Positions 39,234 through 49,754 of a DNA stretch of 64,000 nt are shown piece after piece. The translations under genes and the position numbers were made by a program. How positions within the stretch are numbered: position 1 is the first letter of the stretch; every line of letters starts with the position of its first letter. The stretch spans positions 993 to 64,992 of the forward strand of contig JBASIK010000187.1 in the NCBI GenBank assembly GCA_049654745.1, given 5' to 3'. The stretch comes from Bacteroidales bacterium. GTDB lineage: Bacteria > Bacteroidota > Bacteroidia > Bacteroidales > VadinHA17. Under the pieces are notes generated by a model. The model saw only the letters and a list, made by a program, of their open reading frames with translations, did not search any database and had not been told where the DNA came from.

Positions 39234-40445
39234 TTATTCAAAAAGCCTGAACGCTTCTTTGATTCTTTCCATGGCTTCTCTGAGTTGTTCTTCGGTAATT
39301 ACAAGGGGAGGTGCAAAACGTATAATATGTTCGTGAGTCGGTTTTGCGATTACACCATTATCTTTCATCGCCAGACATACGTCCCATGCTGTTTTACCAC
39401 CTTTAGGCCTTATACCGACGGCGTTGAGAAGTCCTTTACCTCTTACAAACTCTATCATATCTGATTTTATTTCCGAAAACTCTTTACGGAAAATTTTACC
39501 CATACGCTCAGCATTTTCAGGAAGTTTCTCGTTTTTAATGATTTCGAGGGAAGTAATTGCCACTTTTGCAGCAAGCGGATTTCCTCCGAAAGTTGACCCA
39601 TGCTCTCCTGGCTTAATTGTGAGCATAATGTCGTCGTCGGCAAGAACAGCCGATACAGGATAGACGCCACCGCCAAGTGCTTTCCCTAAAATTAGAATGT
39701 CGGGCCTTACATTCTCATGGTCGCATGCCAGCATTTTTCCTGTTCTACCGAGACCTGTCTGTACTTCATCGGCTATGAAAAGGACATTCTTTGCCTTGCA
39801 CATTTCGTAAGCCTTCCTGAGATATCCTTCATCAGGCACGACAACTCCTGCTTCACCCTGAATGGGTTCCACAAGGAAACCAGCAACGTCAGGATCTTCA
39901 AGTGCTTTTTCAAGTGCACCAAGATCATTGTAAGGAATTATAACAAAGCCCGGAGTATAAGGACCATAGTGATTCCTTGCATCTGGGTCGGTCGACATGG
40001 ATATGATTGTAATAGTTCTTCCATGGAAATTACCAGCGCAACATATTATTTTGGCATTGTATTCTTTTATCCCTTTCTTCAGATATGCCCATTTTCTGCA
40101 AAGTTTCAAAGCTGTCTCGTCACCTTCAGCACCTGTATTCATTGGCAGAACCTTGTCATAACCGAAAAATTTGGTTATGTACTCTTCATATTCTCCAAGC
40201 ACTGAGTTATAAAATGCCCTGGATGTAAGAGTGAGCTTTTTTGCCTGATTAACCAGGGTCTCAATTATTTTGGGATGACAATGCCCCTGATTTACGGCAG
40301 AATATGCCGAAAGAAAATCGAAATATCGCTTCCCTTCAACATCCCACACAAAAGGACCTTCACCTCTATCGAGTACTACTGGCAGAGGATGATAATTGTG
40401 AGCACCGTATTTTTCTTCTCGTTTAATGTAATCCTGAGTATTCAT
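39234..40445 (-). CDS. rocD: Ornithine--oxo-acid aminotransferase
   Basis: 403 aa. N-terminus [48 protein letters not shown] is the characteristic OAT/RocD signature. Class-III PLP fold. Confidence 0.9.
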   Translation of the reverse strand: MNTQDYIKREEKYGAHNYHPLPVVLDRGEGPFVWDVEGKRYFDFLSAYSAVNQGHCHPKIIETLVNQAKKLTLTSRAFYNSVLGEYEEYITKFFGYDKVLPMNTGAEGDETALKLCRKWAYLKKGIKEYNAKIICCAGNFHGRTITIISMSTDPDARNHYGPYTPGFVIIPYNDLGALEKALEDPDVAGFLVEPIQGEAGVVVPDEGYLRKAYEMCKAKNVLFIADEVQTGLGRTGKMLACDHENVRPDILILGKALGGGVYPVSAVLADDDIMLTIKPGEHGSTFGGNPLAAKVAITSLEIIKNEKLPENAERMGKIFRKEFSEIKSDMIEFVRGKGLLNAVGIRPKGGKTAWDVCLAMKDNGVIAKPTHEHIIRFAPPLVITEEQLREAMERIKEAFRLFE

Positions 40446-40759
40446 TTTATTGATAATTAAGAAGTTAATATTTTAAAAATTTTTATTTAACTAAGTATCT
40501 CTCAATGTGTTATAAAAGACTGAAATATAAAGATATACCACTATAAAAACTTTATACCTTAAGTTAACCGCGCCTTATCTGGCGGCTGGAAAAGGCAAAT
40601 GATATGAACCAGACATTGCGGGGAAACCTGGACATTCCTTCAGGTATTTGAAAACATATTTTATAGAAATATTTCCCCATTCCGGACTTAATTTTTTAAA
40701 ATGAAGCTGCAATCTTACAAAAGAGTTTTTTTATTTCAAAATGAAGCAATTAAAATTAT

Positions 40760-43700
40760 TCAATCTTTATCCTGTTTTCGCTGAAGATAAAGAACTTTAA
40801 CGGTACTATTAATGCCCGAAGGCATGAGTGGGTCTCCTTTTTTATAATAGCGGTGTGTTGTGAAAGTCAGTCTGTTTGTGGGCCTTTTTTCTCCTCTTAT
40901 CAACCATTGAGGCCATTTCCCGTTTTCAATTCCGTCCCACGGTTCTTCTTCATCACCAATCAGCCTGTTTATCCATAGATTTGTTACTTCAATTTCAAGG
41001 GTATTTTGCTTTTCTTTCAGATAATCTGTGATCTTCAGCTCTCCCGGTGATGTCCATATTATGCCTGCCGTTTTACCGTTTAGCTTTACTTTTGCCATTG
41101 AATTTGAAAGGTTTATTTTAATGAAATAATCATTTGCCTTTTTGTTAAGTTTCCCCTCAGGAATACTGAAACTGCATCTGTAAACTGCTGTCCCGGAGTA
41201 GTATCTGATGCCGGGTTCTGGTCTTCCTGTCCATTCTGAAATTGAGTCGAATGCGACTTCACCGGGTCCACCCCGGGCAGGATCAAAATAAACACTCCAG
41301 TTTCGGTCAAGACTGATAAACTCCTTCTTTTCAGGGAAATCATTCTCCGTGCCGGTTCTTATTCTGAAAGTAGCTGCATTGGTTTTATTGAACACAATGA
41401 AGAAACTCTGATAAGGTTCCAGATTAATCGGAACTTCTGTCACCCATCCTCTGTAGAATATGTTTTTGAGCTTTCTGATATTTCCGGTTAATGGGTCCCA
41501 GAGCTCTGCATCGTCTGAACCATCCCTGAAGTAACAGGTATCTGCAATAGTTTCATCTGTCCGGTTTGAGATAAAATATATCTCTTTTTCAGTCAATTTT
41601 TTATGATGCCATCTTATTTTTCCAGATTTGCAGGTAAAATCAGGCTCCCTTCCTAGAGCCCTCATCAGTGAAACCAGGGTCTCGTACGATGGATAAATGT
41701 CATAATTATCATCTGGTGAATGGTTGTACGGTTCTTTAATATATTCTTCGAGTTTAAAAAGAGTTCCGTTCAGATATTTTATCTGGCTTTTACCGACGCT
41801 CCAATTTATTTCCCAGATTGTTTCCGAAAGTTTTTTAACTTCTTTGTCGCATTCAGGATATTTTGCAAGTGATGGCGATTTCACAGGCATCCAGCCTGCA
41901 ACTGTTGCCCCTGTCTTTAATAGTTCATTTATCTTTTCCAGTAATTCGGGTGTCATGGTGTTTAAACGTGGCAGTACAAGCAATGTATAGGATGCGCCTG
42001 AAGGGAAAGTAACTCGTCCATTAACGACAAATGCATTTTTGATCAGGTATGACGGTGAACAGGCATCGAATGAGTAGCCTTTTTTATCGGGGATTGTATC
42101 GTTACCGTCGATTGCTGAAGCGGGTGGAACAAATACATTTGGTGCACCTTCAGGTGTAAGAAACAGAATATCGGCAGCTGACACACCCTGCATCAGCATA
42201 AGCTGACATCGTGAGAGATATTTATGGTATTCACTCACCAGTGGCCACCATGTCTGGCCTCTGTCCCAGTGCACACCGTAAGGACCCATTGTCATACCCG
42301 GCAGATATTTGCTGCCGTGGGACTTGTGTGCAAAGGTGTGAAAGATAAACCTGTTTATTCCCATAGCAAGAGCCCAATCGGTCTGGTTTTTCATGTTACC
42401 AGGATACATTTTCCATGCTTCAGTACGGTCGGCAGTAAAGGCTTCTGCAGCAATTACGGGTTTGCCTGTAACATGTCCTATCGATGCTGCCTCTATGCAG
42501 CTAAATGATGAATTGAATCCATGTCCTTTTGTCCAGAACTCTCCCATAGGAATGTCGGCTACAGCTCCGAGGTCAAAGTCTGATGCAGGATTCATGTCGT
42601 AGGGCTCTATCGAAAGAAGGAATCCATATTTACGTCCGAGAGACTTAAAATATCCTGCATGATTTTCAACAATAAGTTCACTGGCTGTTTGCCGTACATC
42701 CCACAGGAATCTCTCGCTTTCTTCTGCTGAATTAACTGTGTAACCTGCGAATACTGGCAGATAGAGAACAGGATCGTACCCCCTTCGTGCAATGAATTCA
42801 TCAATGAATCTGTGGCTCCAGTTCTGGGCACCCATCTCCCAGCTGTCTATGTGCAGCATGGTCCAGCCAGATGAGTATGATTTCCGGCCTTTGTTTAACT
42901 TTTTTATAAGTTTTTCTGTAAAAGCTCTGAAATGTTCACCCAGAGCGGCGGTGTCGAATTTGTCCGATTCAAAACCTAACCCGGGAAGGGGTGCGGGACG
43001 TGTAACAGCTCCGTTATTGCGTTTTACGAAACGGATTATTACCCACCTGCCTGGTGGCACATTCCATGTAAGTCTGCCGTTGTCCTGGCAAATAGGAGTC
43101 AGGTCAATAATCTTATCTTTTTTTACTGATGGCTCTGTAGTTGTTTTTGTACTATCGAAGGGGAGGATAAAGGGTTCAACGCCCGGTTGCGAAGTGTATG
43201 GAGCCCTGTAGTAAAAGGCTTTTTCGTCAAGGTTTTCAATTTTATTCTGATTGTCTGGGGCAGGAAAAGCAAGCACCCTGATGTCTTCGTACCAGTTATC
43301 TCTCAGTTCCTTTAGTTCGGGTGTAAGTGTATTTTCACCAAAGAAAGGTTTTTTTGGCGCGGGTAGGGGGAGCGGGGCATCGAATAATACGGGGCCCGTA
43401 ACAACAGTATCGGCTGCCACAATATGCATCATACTTTGTTCGGGTTTAACCCATGGTCCGCCGCTGCCAGCCCAACCCGGCCCGGAACCCAGTATTATTT
43501 TTATACCAAGCCTTTCTGCTTCACTCACTGCATGAGCAAAAAGTTCCATCCATTCTTCGCTCATAAAATCTACACTACCGCGTGGAATGCCAACATTCAC
43601 CTCAAGAAACAGCGCATAGCCTATCCCGGCCTGTTTCATCGCCTCAAGGTCTTCTGTAATAGCTTTTTTATCAATATTGCCATCCATGAAGTACCAGTAA

Positions 43701-43843
43701 ACACCCGGCTTTGCCGAGTCGGGTGGGTTAATAAAACCCTCTCGCAGCAGATGGTCGTATGATGGCTTTTTGCATGAATAACTCAGGCAAAGAAGGATGC
43801 TGAAAACAGAAATTAAATATTTAACTGAATGATTACTTTTCAT
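40760..43843 (-). CDS. Large lipoprotein glycoside hydrolase (GH106-like / jelly-roll glycosylhydrolase)
   Basis: 1027 aa with a lipoprotein signal (..LCLSYSC), a TIM-barrel-like N-terminus ([27 protein letters not shown]) and a C-terminal jelly-roll ending [10 protein letters not shown]. The family assignment is from memory and unverified. Confidence 0.55.
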   Translation of the reverse strand: MKSNHSVKYLISVFSILLCLSYSCKKPSYDHLLREGFINPPDSAKPGVYWYFMDGNIDKKAITEDLEAMKQAGIGYALFLEVNVGIPRGSVDFMSEEWMELFAHAVSEAERLGIKIILGSGPGWAGSGGPWVKPEQSMMHIVAADTVVTGPVLFDAPLPLPAPKKPFFGENTLTPELKELRDNWYEDIRVLAFPAPDNQNKIENLDEKAFYYRAPYTSQPGVEPFILPFDSTKTTTEPSVKKDKIIDLTPICQDNGRLTWNVPPGRWVIIRFVKRNNGAVTRPAPLPGLGFESDKFDTAALGEHFRAFTEKLIKKLNKGRKSYSSGWTMLHIDSWEMGAQNWSHRFIDEFIARRGYDPVLYLPVFAGYTVNSAEESERFLWDVRQTASELIVENHAGYFKSLGRKYGFLLSIEPYDMNPASDFDLGAVADIPMGEFWTKGHGFNSSFSCIEAASIGHVTGKPVIAAEAFTADRTEAWKMYPGNMKNQTDWALAMGINRFIFHTFAHKSHGSKYLPGMTMGPYGVHWDRGQTWWPLVSEYHKYLSRCQLMLMQGVSAADILFLTPEGAPNVFVPPASAIDGNDTIPDKKGYSFDACSPSYLIKNAFVVNGRVTFPSGASYTLLVLPRLNTMTPELLEKINELLKTGATVAGWMPVKSPSLAKYPECDKEVKKLSETIWEINWSVGKSQIKYLNGTLFKLEEYIKEPYNHSPDDNYDIYPSYETLVSLMRALGREPDFTCKSGKIRWHHKKLTEKEIYFISNRTDETIADTCYFRDGSDDAELWDPLTGNIRKLKNIFYRGWVTEVPINLEPYQSFFIVFNKTNAATFRIRTGTENDFPEKKEFISLDRNWSVYFDPARGGPGEVAFDSISEWTGRPEPGIRYYSGTAVYRCSFSIPEGKLNKKANDYFIKINLSNSMAKVKLNGKTAGIIWTSPGELKITDYLKEKQNTLEIEVTNLWINRLIGDEEEPWDGIENGKWPQWLIRGEKRPTNRLTFTTHRYYKKGDPLMPSGINSTVKVLYLQRKQDKD

Positions 43844-44516
43844 CTTTAAGTAGATCGGGTCTCAGACGTTTGGTTCTTTCGATTGATTGTTCCAGTCTCC
43901 ATTTTTCTATTTCGGGTGTATTGCCTGAAAGGAGTATCTCGGGCACTTTCCATCCCATGAATTCAGCAGGTCGGGTATATACAGGAGGAGCGAGGAGGTC
44001 GTCCTGGAAGGAGTCGGTGAGAGCCGATTGTTCATCGGAGATGGCTCCGGGTAGCAGACGCACCACAGCATCGGTGATGACAGCAGCGGGCAATTCACCT
44101 CCCGAGAGCACATAATCACCGATAGAGATTTCCATGGTTATAAGATGGTCCCTTATTCTCTGATCCACACCTTTATAGTGCCCGGCAAGAATGATAATGT
44201 TACTCAGAAGGGAAAGCTTGTTGGCGAGTTTCTGGTTGAACCTGATGCCGTCGGGAGAGGTGTAGATAATTTCATCGTATTGTCTCTCTTTTTTAAGAGC
44301 TTCCAGTGCCCTGTAAACCGGCTCTATCATCATAACCATGCCTGCACCGCCCCCATAGGCATAATCGTCAACGCTTTTGTATTTATCAGTGGCATAATCC
44401 CTGAGATTGATAACATTTATCTCCACAATACCCTTTTCACGGGCTCTTTTAATTATCGAATGACTTAAGGGACTCTGAAGCAATTCCGGTAAAACAGTGA
44501 TGATATCAATCCGCAT
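43833..44516 (-). CDS. trmD: tRNA (guanine37-N1)-methyltransferase
   Basis: 227 aa with [13 protein letters not shown].. and a SPOUT fold motif ([10 protein letters not shown]). Confidence 0.95.
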   Translation of the reverse strand: MRIDIITVLPELLQSPLSHSIIKRAREKGIVEINVINLRDYATDKYKSVDDYAYGGGAGMVMMIEPVYRALEALKKERQYDEIIYTSPDGIRFNQKLANKLSLLSNIIILAGHYKGVDQRIRDHLITMEISIGDYVLSGGELPAAVITDAVVRLLPGAISDEQSALTDSFQDDLLAPPVYTRPAEFMGWKVPEILLSGNTPEIEKWRLEQSIERTKRLRPDLLKDEK

Positions 44517-44532
44517 ATCTGGAATTTTGCTT

Positions 44533-44540
44533 CAAAAATA
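44533..44540 (-). promoter_or_regulatory. Candidate -7 box TAttTTTG (minus strand) for trmD
   Basis: Plus strand reads caaaaata, 17-24 nt upstream of the 44516 start. Confidence 0.4.
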
Positions 44541-44655
44541 CGAAGAATAAGGTATCAAAGCTTTCTTTTTGGCAATATTGTCTGATTAAGGTTATTTAAT
44601 TTCATTTGTGAATGGGTGGTTTTTAGAACAGGGTTCCACTATTACTTAAGATCCT

Positions 44656-45654
44656 TTAGAATTCATACTTAAGAACTACAATTTCCTGTTTCTCAGCTAT
44701 CATCTGGTATATTTTTCCATCGGAGCTCACCTTAACGGGGTGAAAAATTTCATAGGGTGCCTTTTGTACTGCAAGTTTTATCCTGCCGGTTTCTTTCATT
44801 GCTGTAGAAAAGACAACCATCACATTCGAATATGTGCTTTTACCCTGCTCATCGCTGTCTTCCATGAATGCACTCAGGTAAATATTCCCGCTTCTGTCGT
44901 CCCATGGCCCTCCAAAATGAATTACAAACATGTCGAATTCAACTGTCAGTTCGGGTTCCCACATACTCAAGCTCCCTTTTTCAGAACGCATCAGAGATAT
45001 TGTAATGTCTCCAAGAATCTTAGCATCAAGCAACCGTTCACTGTTAAAGGTTAGTTTCCCCGGGACAGATACCCTCATAGCTGTTTTACCATCGGCATCG
45101 GCAAGCTTAACCGAGTGGCCGTTAACCCTGACCCATACACCGGTAAATTTTCCCTCTCTAACCACATTTATTTCTGTAGCTTCCGGAGCATAGGCAATAA
45201 GCTGGCCTTCAAGAGGTATGGTATTGATCAGTTTTCCCTGACTGTCAATGATAAATAGAGATTTTTCCACTGTATTATCCAGCAGGGCAATTTTCGCACC
45301 GGACAATAATTCAATATCCATGATTCCTTCCGATTTGACGGGAATCTTTATTGTCTCCGTTCTTTTTCCATCGCGGTACACCTGAATCCGTGAATTCAGC
45401 TGGTCGAGGATATATATTTCGCCTTCGTCGCTGACTGTGAAACTCATAGGACCAATTGCCTCTGCCTCAGGTGGACTGATGGCTCCGATATTTTCCTGAC
45501 CATTTCCAATTTTAGCCCTTACAACCTCTGTCACGCGGGCGTTAATGAATTTTTTCCCTGCTGCCTGCTGACCTGCAGATTGACCTGATATATAATCTAT
45601 TAAAAAGACAATCAGAATTATAGTAAAAACGGCCGGCAAGAATTGAGTTTTCAT
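44656..45654 (-). CDS. Hypothetical secreted protein, possibly NHL/beta-propeller-like
   Basis: 332 aa with an N-terminal TM/signal sequence. One NHL-like blade string is present (EIYILDQLNSRIQVY). No other recognisable motif. Confidence 0.4.
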   Translation of the reverse strand: MKTQFLPAVFTIILIVFLIDYISGQSAGQQAAGKKFINARVTEVVRAKIGNGQENIGAISPPEAEAIGPMSFTVSDEGEIYILDQLNSRIQVYRDGKRTETIKIPVKSEGIMDIELLSGAKIALLDNTVEKSLFIIDSQGKLINTIPLEGQLIAYAPEATEINVVREGKFTGVWVRVNGHSVKLADADGKTAMRVSVPGKLTFNSERLLDAKILGDITISLMRSEKGSLSMWEPELTVEFDMFVIHFGGPWDDRSGNIYLSAFMEDSDEQGKSTYSNVMVVFSTAMKETGRIKLAVQKAPYEIFHPVKVSSDGKIYQMIAEKQEIVVLKYEF

Positions 45655-45848
45655 TTCTGGAAGTTTTAATCTGACATAAAATGTTTAAGAGTTTAAGATA
45701 GTATAATTTGCTTATGTAAAATTAATATAAACTTTTTATTCGATAATACTGCTCAGCTCACCCCTCATTCTTCCTGCATCCTCTGGCTACATAATAATCA
45801 ACTGAATTAAGTATTTTTGTAATATTTGGATTTAATCCCATTCTGCCA

Positions 45849-46115
45849 GTGAAGTGCCGCCCATACTGTGGAGCCTGCTGTATTGCGATTTCAATATCAT
45901 CGCCCATTCCGGGTATGCCCGGTGGCAAGCCTGCGGGTGTAAGATGCAAACATCTCACTGACGATTACCGTTGTGCCCTGTATGGCAGTGTACTGAGACC
46001 AAAGGTATGCATTGATTTTCAGCCTGATCCCGATTTCTGTGGCAGCAGCAGGGAGGAAGCGATGAAGATTATGGAGAATATGGAAATGGGGGAAGAAGGA
46101 AATTCAGATTCATGA
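45849..46115 (+). CDS. YkgJ-family cysteine-cluster (CxxCxxCC) protein
   Basis: 88 aa. (GTG)KCRPYCGACCIAISISSPIPGMPGGKPAGVRCKHL matches the conserved short Fe-S/zinc-chelating YkgJ-type family. Confidence 0.65.
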   Translation: MKCRPYCGACCIAISISSPIPGMPGGKPAGVRCKHLTDDYRCALYGSVLRPKVCIDFQPDPDFCGSSREEAMKIMENMEMGEEGNSDS

Positions 46116-46212
46116 CAATTGTCAGATTAACTTTAAAATACTGATTTCTAAATTTTATATTTTAAGTTTTTTTAGTAAATTGAGAACAAATTTATAATGA
46201 ATAATTTAAGTC

Positions 46213-48429
46213 ATGAGCCGGAATTTGTTCTCATGCTTTGTTCTTTGCGTGGTCTTATTGATAATCAGTTCCCCGTCTGTCTCAGGACAAAACGGAGAAT
46301 GGATAGCACAACCTCTTGATGCAGAAATGAGCGGAAGCTGGCTGATTGATGCAGGTGAATCCGTGGCGGCAATTACCAGAAGCACAGCCAGATATGTTTA
46401 TTTCTTCGATATCCTGTCTTCGCAATGGTCGGTCCTCGATTGCGGAGTCCAGCAAAGTTTCAACCGTTGTGTGGCTAAGGGACATGTGGCATTGGTTTTC
46501 GGACAGAGCTTGCTTGCAGCATACAGCGGAGTTACTTCTTCCTGGGATACGGTATACTTCAAAGGAGACCCCCTCGACCTCAATCCAACAACGGGTGACC
46601 CATCATATGGATGCGGAAATAAACTGGCATGGTTTGTAACAACAACCCGTATTTACATCTTCGATGCCGAACAGGGAAAATGGAAAGTAACGGTATATAC
46701 CCCTGGATTGAGTTATGCTTCTGGAAATGGAAGGTTCTGGGCCGGAACGAATTATGCAGGGATTGTACTTGCAAATCCAGGTACTAATGAATACTTCAAT
46801 GCTGCCTACAGCTTAGTTCATCATAATTTTTCACTTCTTACTTTGGGCGGGTACTATGATCAAAAAGAATGGGGATTTGATAACGGCTTTGTTTCTTACT
46901 GGAATTCTGGAAGCAATTACAGATTCTTTGGATATAGTGCTAACACCGGTAATTTTGAAATGCTTGAAATTACTCCAGCAACAGGCTTGCCGTTTATTGC
47001 TTATTCAAAAGATATTGTCAGCCTGAAGACCATATTTATGGTATACTCCAAAGAGTTGGTAGCAGCACCCAGCTGGCATATAATGCATATGTACGGTTTT
47101 GATACCAGATCAGGTAACTGGGATTATAAAAACTGGACTTACGACGAGGATAAATGGAATATCGGTATTGTAAAACTGGGAGGTCAGTTTGCTGCTATAA
47201 ATGCAATTAATGACAAGGATTCTTGTTATATGTGGATATATCCGACAACAGGAGGATCATTTACTTTTAGCCAGACAAAATTGAACGCAATACCGGATGG
47301 CGGCGTAACTCCTGCGTACAGTGGAACTGTAGCTGCTGAAATAGATTTAAGCAATATTTGTTTTTATTCTTTTCCGTCTGGCACCGAATCACTTGTGCCA
47401 GGATCACGGGATAATCTGATCGGCAGTACAGGAGGTGAAAACTACAATGTTTTGACACTTACTCACCCTGGAAATACCTCTTCAATGGATTTTATTGCTT
47501 TCGACAGCAAAACAGGGTCTAATATTTATGAGTCTGTTCCTTATCAAATCGGAACATCTAAAAGCAGTCCGTGGATGACGATGTTTAGAACTTCAGGTCC
47601 GGATAATGAAGTATTATGCTATTCGGGTATAACTCATAATTATAAGTTAATACCCTTCCCGGGTGACCCAATTTTTTACAGTTATAATGTAAATAATGTA
47701 CTGGCTTCTGTCGAAACAAGTGATCAACTGGTACTATATGACGCCACAAAAAATTTATACCACTCAGTGTCACGTCCGGTTGGTGCGGTGAAATTTGCCC
47801 TGGGAGAATATGCTGCACTTATCAAACTTGGAACAAATAATGTTCAAACATATAGCGTAAATACAGGTGACTGGCGTGAGGAAAATATAACCGAAAGCAT
47901 AAGCGATGTTCTTTGCAGCAGGTATATAGGACTGATAACTACTCCAACAATAGCAAACAAAATTTATGCTTACAATGGTCTGGATGGCAAATTAATTCCT
48001 CTCTCAATGGAGGGTACAACTGTTCTTGGGGGATTGAAACTGGGTGGAATGACTGCAGTAATAACCTGGAACACTATTGCTTATGCCTTTACCCCAAAAT
48101 CGGGTACAGTTAGCATTAATTCTCCGGAAATGACACTGCAGAAACATGAGGATAATTTTAAGGTTTTCCCGAATCCATTTAATGAAAGAATTTTAATTGA
48201 AGCAGAAATCTTTTCCCGTTCATATACCGAATTATGTATTTACGACATGACAGGGAAGGAAATTAACCGTCTGGTTTCCCACATACTTGAACCCGGAAAA
48301 TACCAATGGACATGGGATGGCTGCAGCCAGTCTGGCACACAATTATCATCAGGTTTTTACATTGTTCAACTTAAGACTGGAACAATCAGGCAAACTAGGA
48401 AAATCATGTATTTGCCAGGATACTTTTAA
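46213..48429 (+). CDS. Secreted protein of unknown function with a T9SS C-terminal sorting domain
   Basis: 738 aa with a signal peptide. The C-terminal about 85 aa (FKVFPNPFNERILIE..LCIYDMTGKEI..GKYQWTWDG..SSGFYIVQLKTG) is a Por_Secre_tail-type CTD. The W/Y-rich body is possibly a propeller. Confidence 0.7.
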   Translation: MSRNLFSCFVLCVVLLIISSPSVSGQNGEWIAQPLDAEMSGSWLIDAGESVAAITRSTARYVYFFDILSSQWSVLDCGVQQSFNRCVAKGHVALVFGQSLLAAYSGVTSSWDTVYFKGDPLDLNPTTGDPSYGCGNKLAWFVTTTRIYIFDAEQGKWKVTVYTPGLSYASGNGRFWAGTNYAGIVLANPGTNEYFNAAYSLVHHNFSLLTLGGYYDQKEWGFDNGFVSYWNSGSNYRFFGYSANTGNFEMLEITPATGLPFIAYSKDIVSLKTIFMVYSKELVAAPSWHIMHMYGFDTRSGNWDYKNWTYDEDKWNIGIVKLGGQFAAINAINDKDSCYMWIYPTTGGSFTFSQTKLNAIPDGGVTPAYSGTVAAEIDLSNICFYSFPSGTESLVPGSRDNLIGSTGGENYNVLTLTHPGNTSSMDFIAFDSKTGSNIYESVPYQIGTSKSSPWMTMFRTSGPDNEVLCYSGITHNYKLIPFPGDPIFYSYNVNNVLASVETSDQLVLYDATKNLYHSVSRPVGAVKFALGEYAALIKLGTNNVQTYSVNTGDWREENITESISDVLCSRYIGLITTPTIANKIYAYNGLDGKLIPLSMEGTTVLGGLKLGGMTAVITWNTIAYAFTPKSGTVSINSPEMTLQKHEDNFKVFPNPFNERILIEAEIFSRSYTELCIYDMTGKEINRLVSHILEPGKYQWTWDGCSQSGTQLSSGFYIVQLKTGTIRQTRKIMYLPGYF

Positions 48430-48513
48430 AGGGTAGTTTTTATTAATTTCAGAGTATTATCAAATAATTTACTTCATTTAGCACCATTGAAACTAAATAT
48501 TTGCAGCAAAAGG

Positions 48514-48632
48514 TTAATCACCCCCACACCCCTGAAAAGAGCCTGTATTTAAACTAATTGCAAGGCTGTTTATTAGCTCCGTCGGAGTGGTATGTTTGTA
48601 GCAAGGGATTTGAACGATTTTTTCGCCGGAAC
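48514..48632 (+). repeat. Repeat module A, copy 1
   Basis: ttaatcacccccacacccctgaaaagagcctgtatttaaactaattgcaagg..tagctccgtcggagtggtatgtttgtagcaaggga.. By eye, about 90 of the first ~100 positions are identical to 51028-51147, in the same orientation. Confidence 0.85.
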
Positions 48633-48662
48633 TTCAACCATAGGAATATTTCCCCCCTGGGG

Positions 48663-48690
48663 CCTGTCTGACTGGCGTCAGCCAGGCAGG
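48663..48690 (+). repeat. Palindromic module P, copy 1
   Basis: CCTGTCTG-a-CTG-gcgt-CAG-c-CAGGCAGG. 8+3 bp stem with one T:G position. Preceded by a C6 run and followed by an A/G-rich tail. Confidence 0.7.
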
Positions 48691-48841
48691 GAAAAAAAGA
48701 AAAGGGGGTTGTTTCATAAAGAAAAATTCGATTTATTTCATTTGACTATTTTTTTAGTTATTTAGACTAAAAATATCAGTAGAAACTCTCTATTCTGGCA
48801 AATTATTCGATTATTAACTCAATTATTCGGCATTATATTAG

Positions 48842-48849
48842 TAGATTTG
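48842..48849 (+). promoter_or_regulatory. Candidate -7 box TAgaTTTG
   Basis: tagatttg, about 100 nt upstream of the ATG at 48950, which implies a long leader. Confidence 0.3.
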
Positions 48850-48949
48850 CAATCCGGAAAACTATTTATTGAGGTTTAATTGATTTTCAAAAAACATAAG
48901 GAATACTGTAATACAGATTTACCATATTAAACGACAAATTTAAAATAGA

Positions 48950-49723
48950 ATGAGCGACGATAATAAGGCAATAAACGAATTCGACTTAGATCTGGTATGT
49001 GAATATTTTTCTCTTCTTGAACGCCAGGGTCCGGGAAGTGAGGAAGTAACGTTGAAAGCTCTAAGTTTCATTGAAAACCTTAATGAAAATTCATGTATCG
49101 CAGATATCGGCTGTGGCACCGGAGGACAGACAATAACTCTGGCAAAGCATATACATGGAGTCATAACGGGTGTGGATATTTTCCCACGGTTTATCGACCT
49201 GTTAAACCGAACTGCCAGGAGGCTAAACCTTCACAAAAGGGTAAAGGGTATTGTCGGTTCAATGTTTGAACTGCCTTTCAGGGAGGAAGAGATTGACCTG
49301 ATATGGTCGGAAGGAGCAATTTATTTTATTGGCTTTGAACAAGGATTGAGGGAATGGCGACGATTTATTAAGCCGGGGGGTTATGTAGCAGTTACAGAGG
49401 CTTCGTGGTTTACCTATAGACGGCCCGATGAAATAAACAGGTTCTGGATGGATGCCTACCCTGGAATAGATACAATCCCTAATAAGATTGCCCAATTGCA
49501 GAATGCAGGCTACATCCCGGTTGCTTCATTTATTTTGCCCGACAAATGCTGGACTGAAAACTACTATGAACCACAGGTAAAAGCGCAGGAGATCTTTCTG
49601 GCAAAACATAAAGGAAATAAGATGGCGGAAGATTTTATCACCTCTCAGCGCTATGAGGCAGAGCTATTCTCCAAGTACAAAGATTATTACGGTTATGTGT
49701 TTTATATAGGAAAGAAAGTTTAA
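48950..49723 (+). CDS. Class I SAM-dependent methyltransferase
   Basis: 257 aa with motif I IADIGCGTGGQT and a post-I/II region (DLIWSEGAIYFIG, KPGGYVAV). Confidence 0.8.
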   Translation: MSDDNKAINEFDLDLVCEYFSLLERQGPGSEEVTLKALSFIENLNENSCIADIGCGTGGQTITLAKHIHGVITGVDIFPRFIDLLNRTARRLNLHKRVKGIVGSMFELPFREEEIDLIWSEGAIYFIGFEQGLREWRRFIKPGGYVAVTEASWFTYRRPDEINRFWMDAYPGIDTIPNKIAQLQNAGYIPVASFILPDKCWTENYYEPQVKAQEIFLAKHKGNKMAEDFITSQRYEAELFSKYKDYYGYVFYIGKKV

Positions 49724-49754
49724 CATCAGAACCATTATATCCCCAGTAAATCTG

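Noticed and set aside
45758-45958. 66-aa minus-strand ORF and the 51346..51582 minus-strand ORF in promoter regions.
   Set aside because: The first overlaps the conserved N-terminus of the YkgJ-like gene. The second is translated from an A/T-rich promoter and signal-peptide region. Neither has motifs or a plausible start context.
46113-46124. 12-bp perfect palindromes TGACAATTGTCA (46113-46124) and CGTTTCGAAACG (54619-54630) considered as stand-alone binding sites.
   Set aside because: Roughly 15 perfect 12-bp palindromes are expected by chance in 64 kb. They are mentioned only as context within the 54.4-54.9 kb region.
48598-48625. tRNA-like strings in the repeats: gggatttgaacg at 48.6 kb, and tagctcag..ttcagggcg on the minus strand at about 51000-51027 and the plus strand at 54570-54590.
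   Set aside because: I tried to fold them as T-arm or D-arm. The stems do not pair (for example aatcg/ccctt), loop sizes are wrong, and no acceptor stem is present. I see no tRNA or tmRNA gene in the window.
48801-48829. Exact 9-mer aattattcg repeated 20 nt apart, upstream of the methyltransferase -7 box.
   Set aside because: In AT-rich DNA about ten such short-range 9-mer repeats are expected per 64 kb, and there is no supporting palindrome or adjacent regulator.
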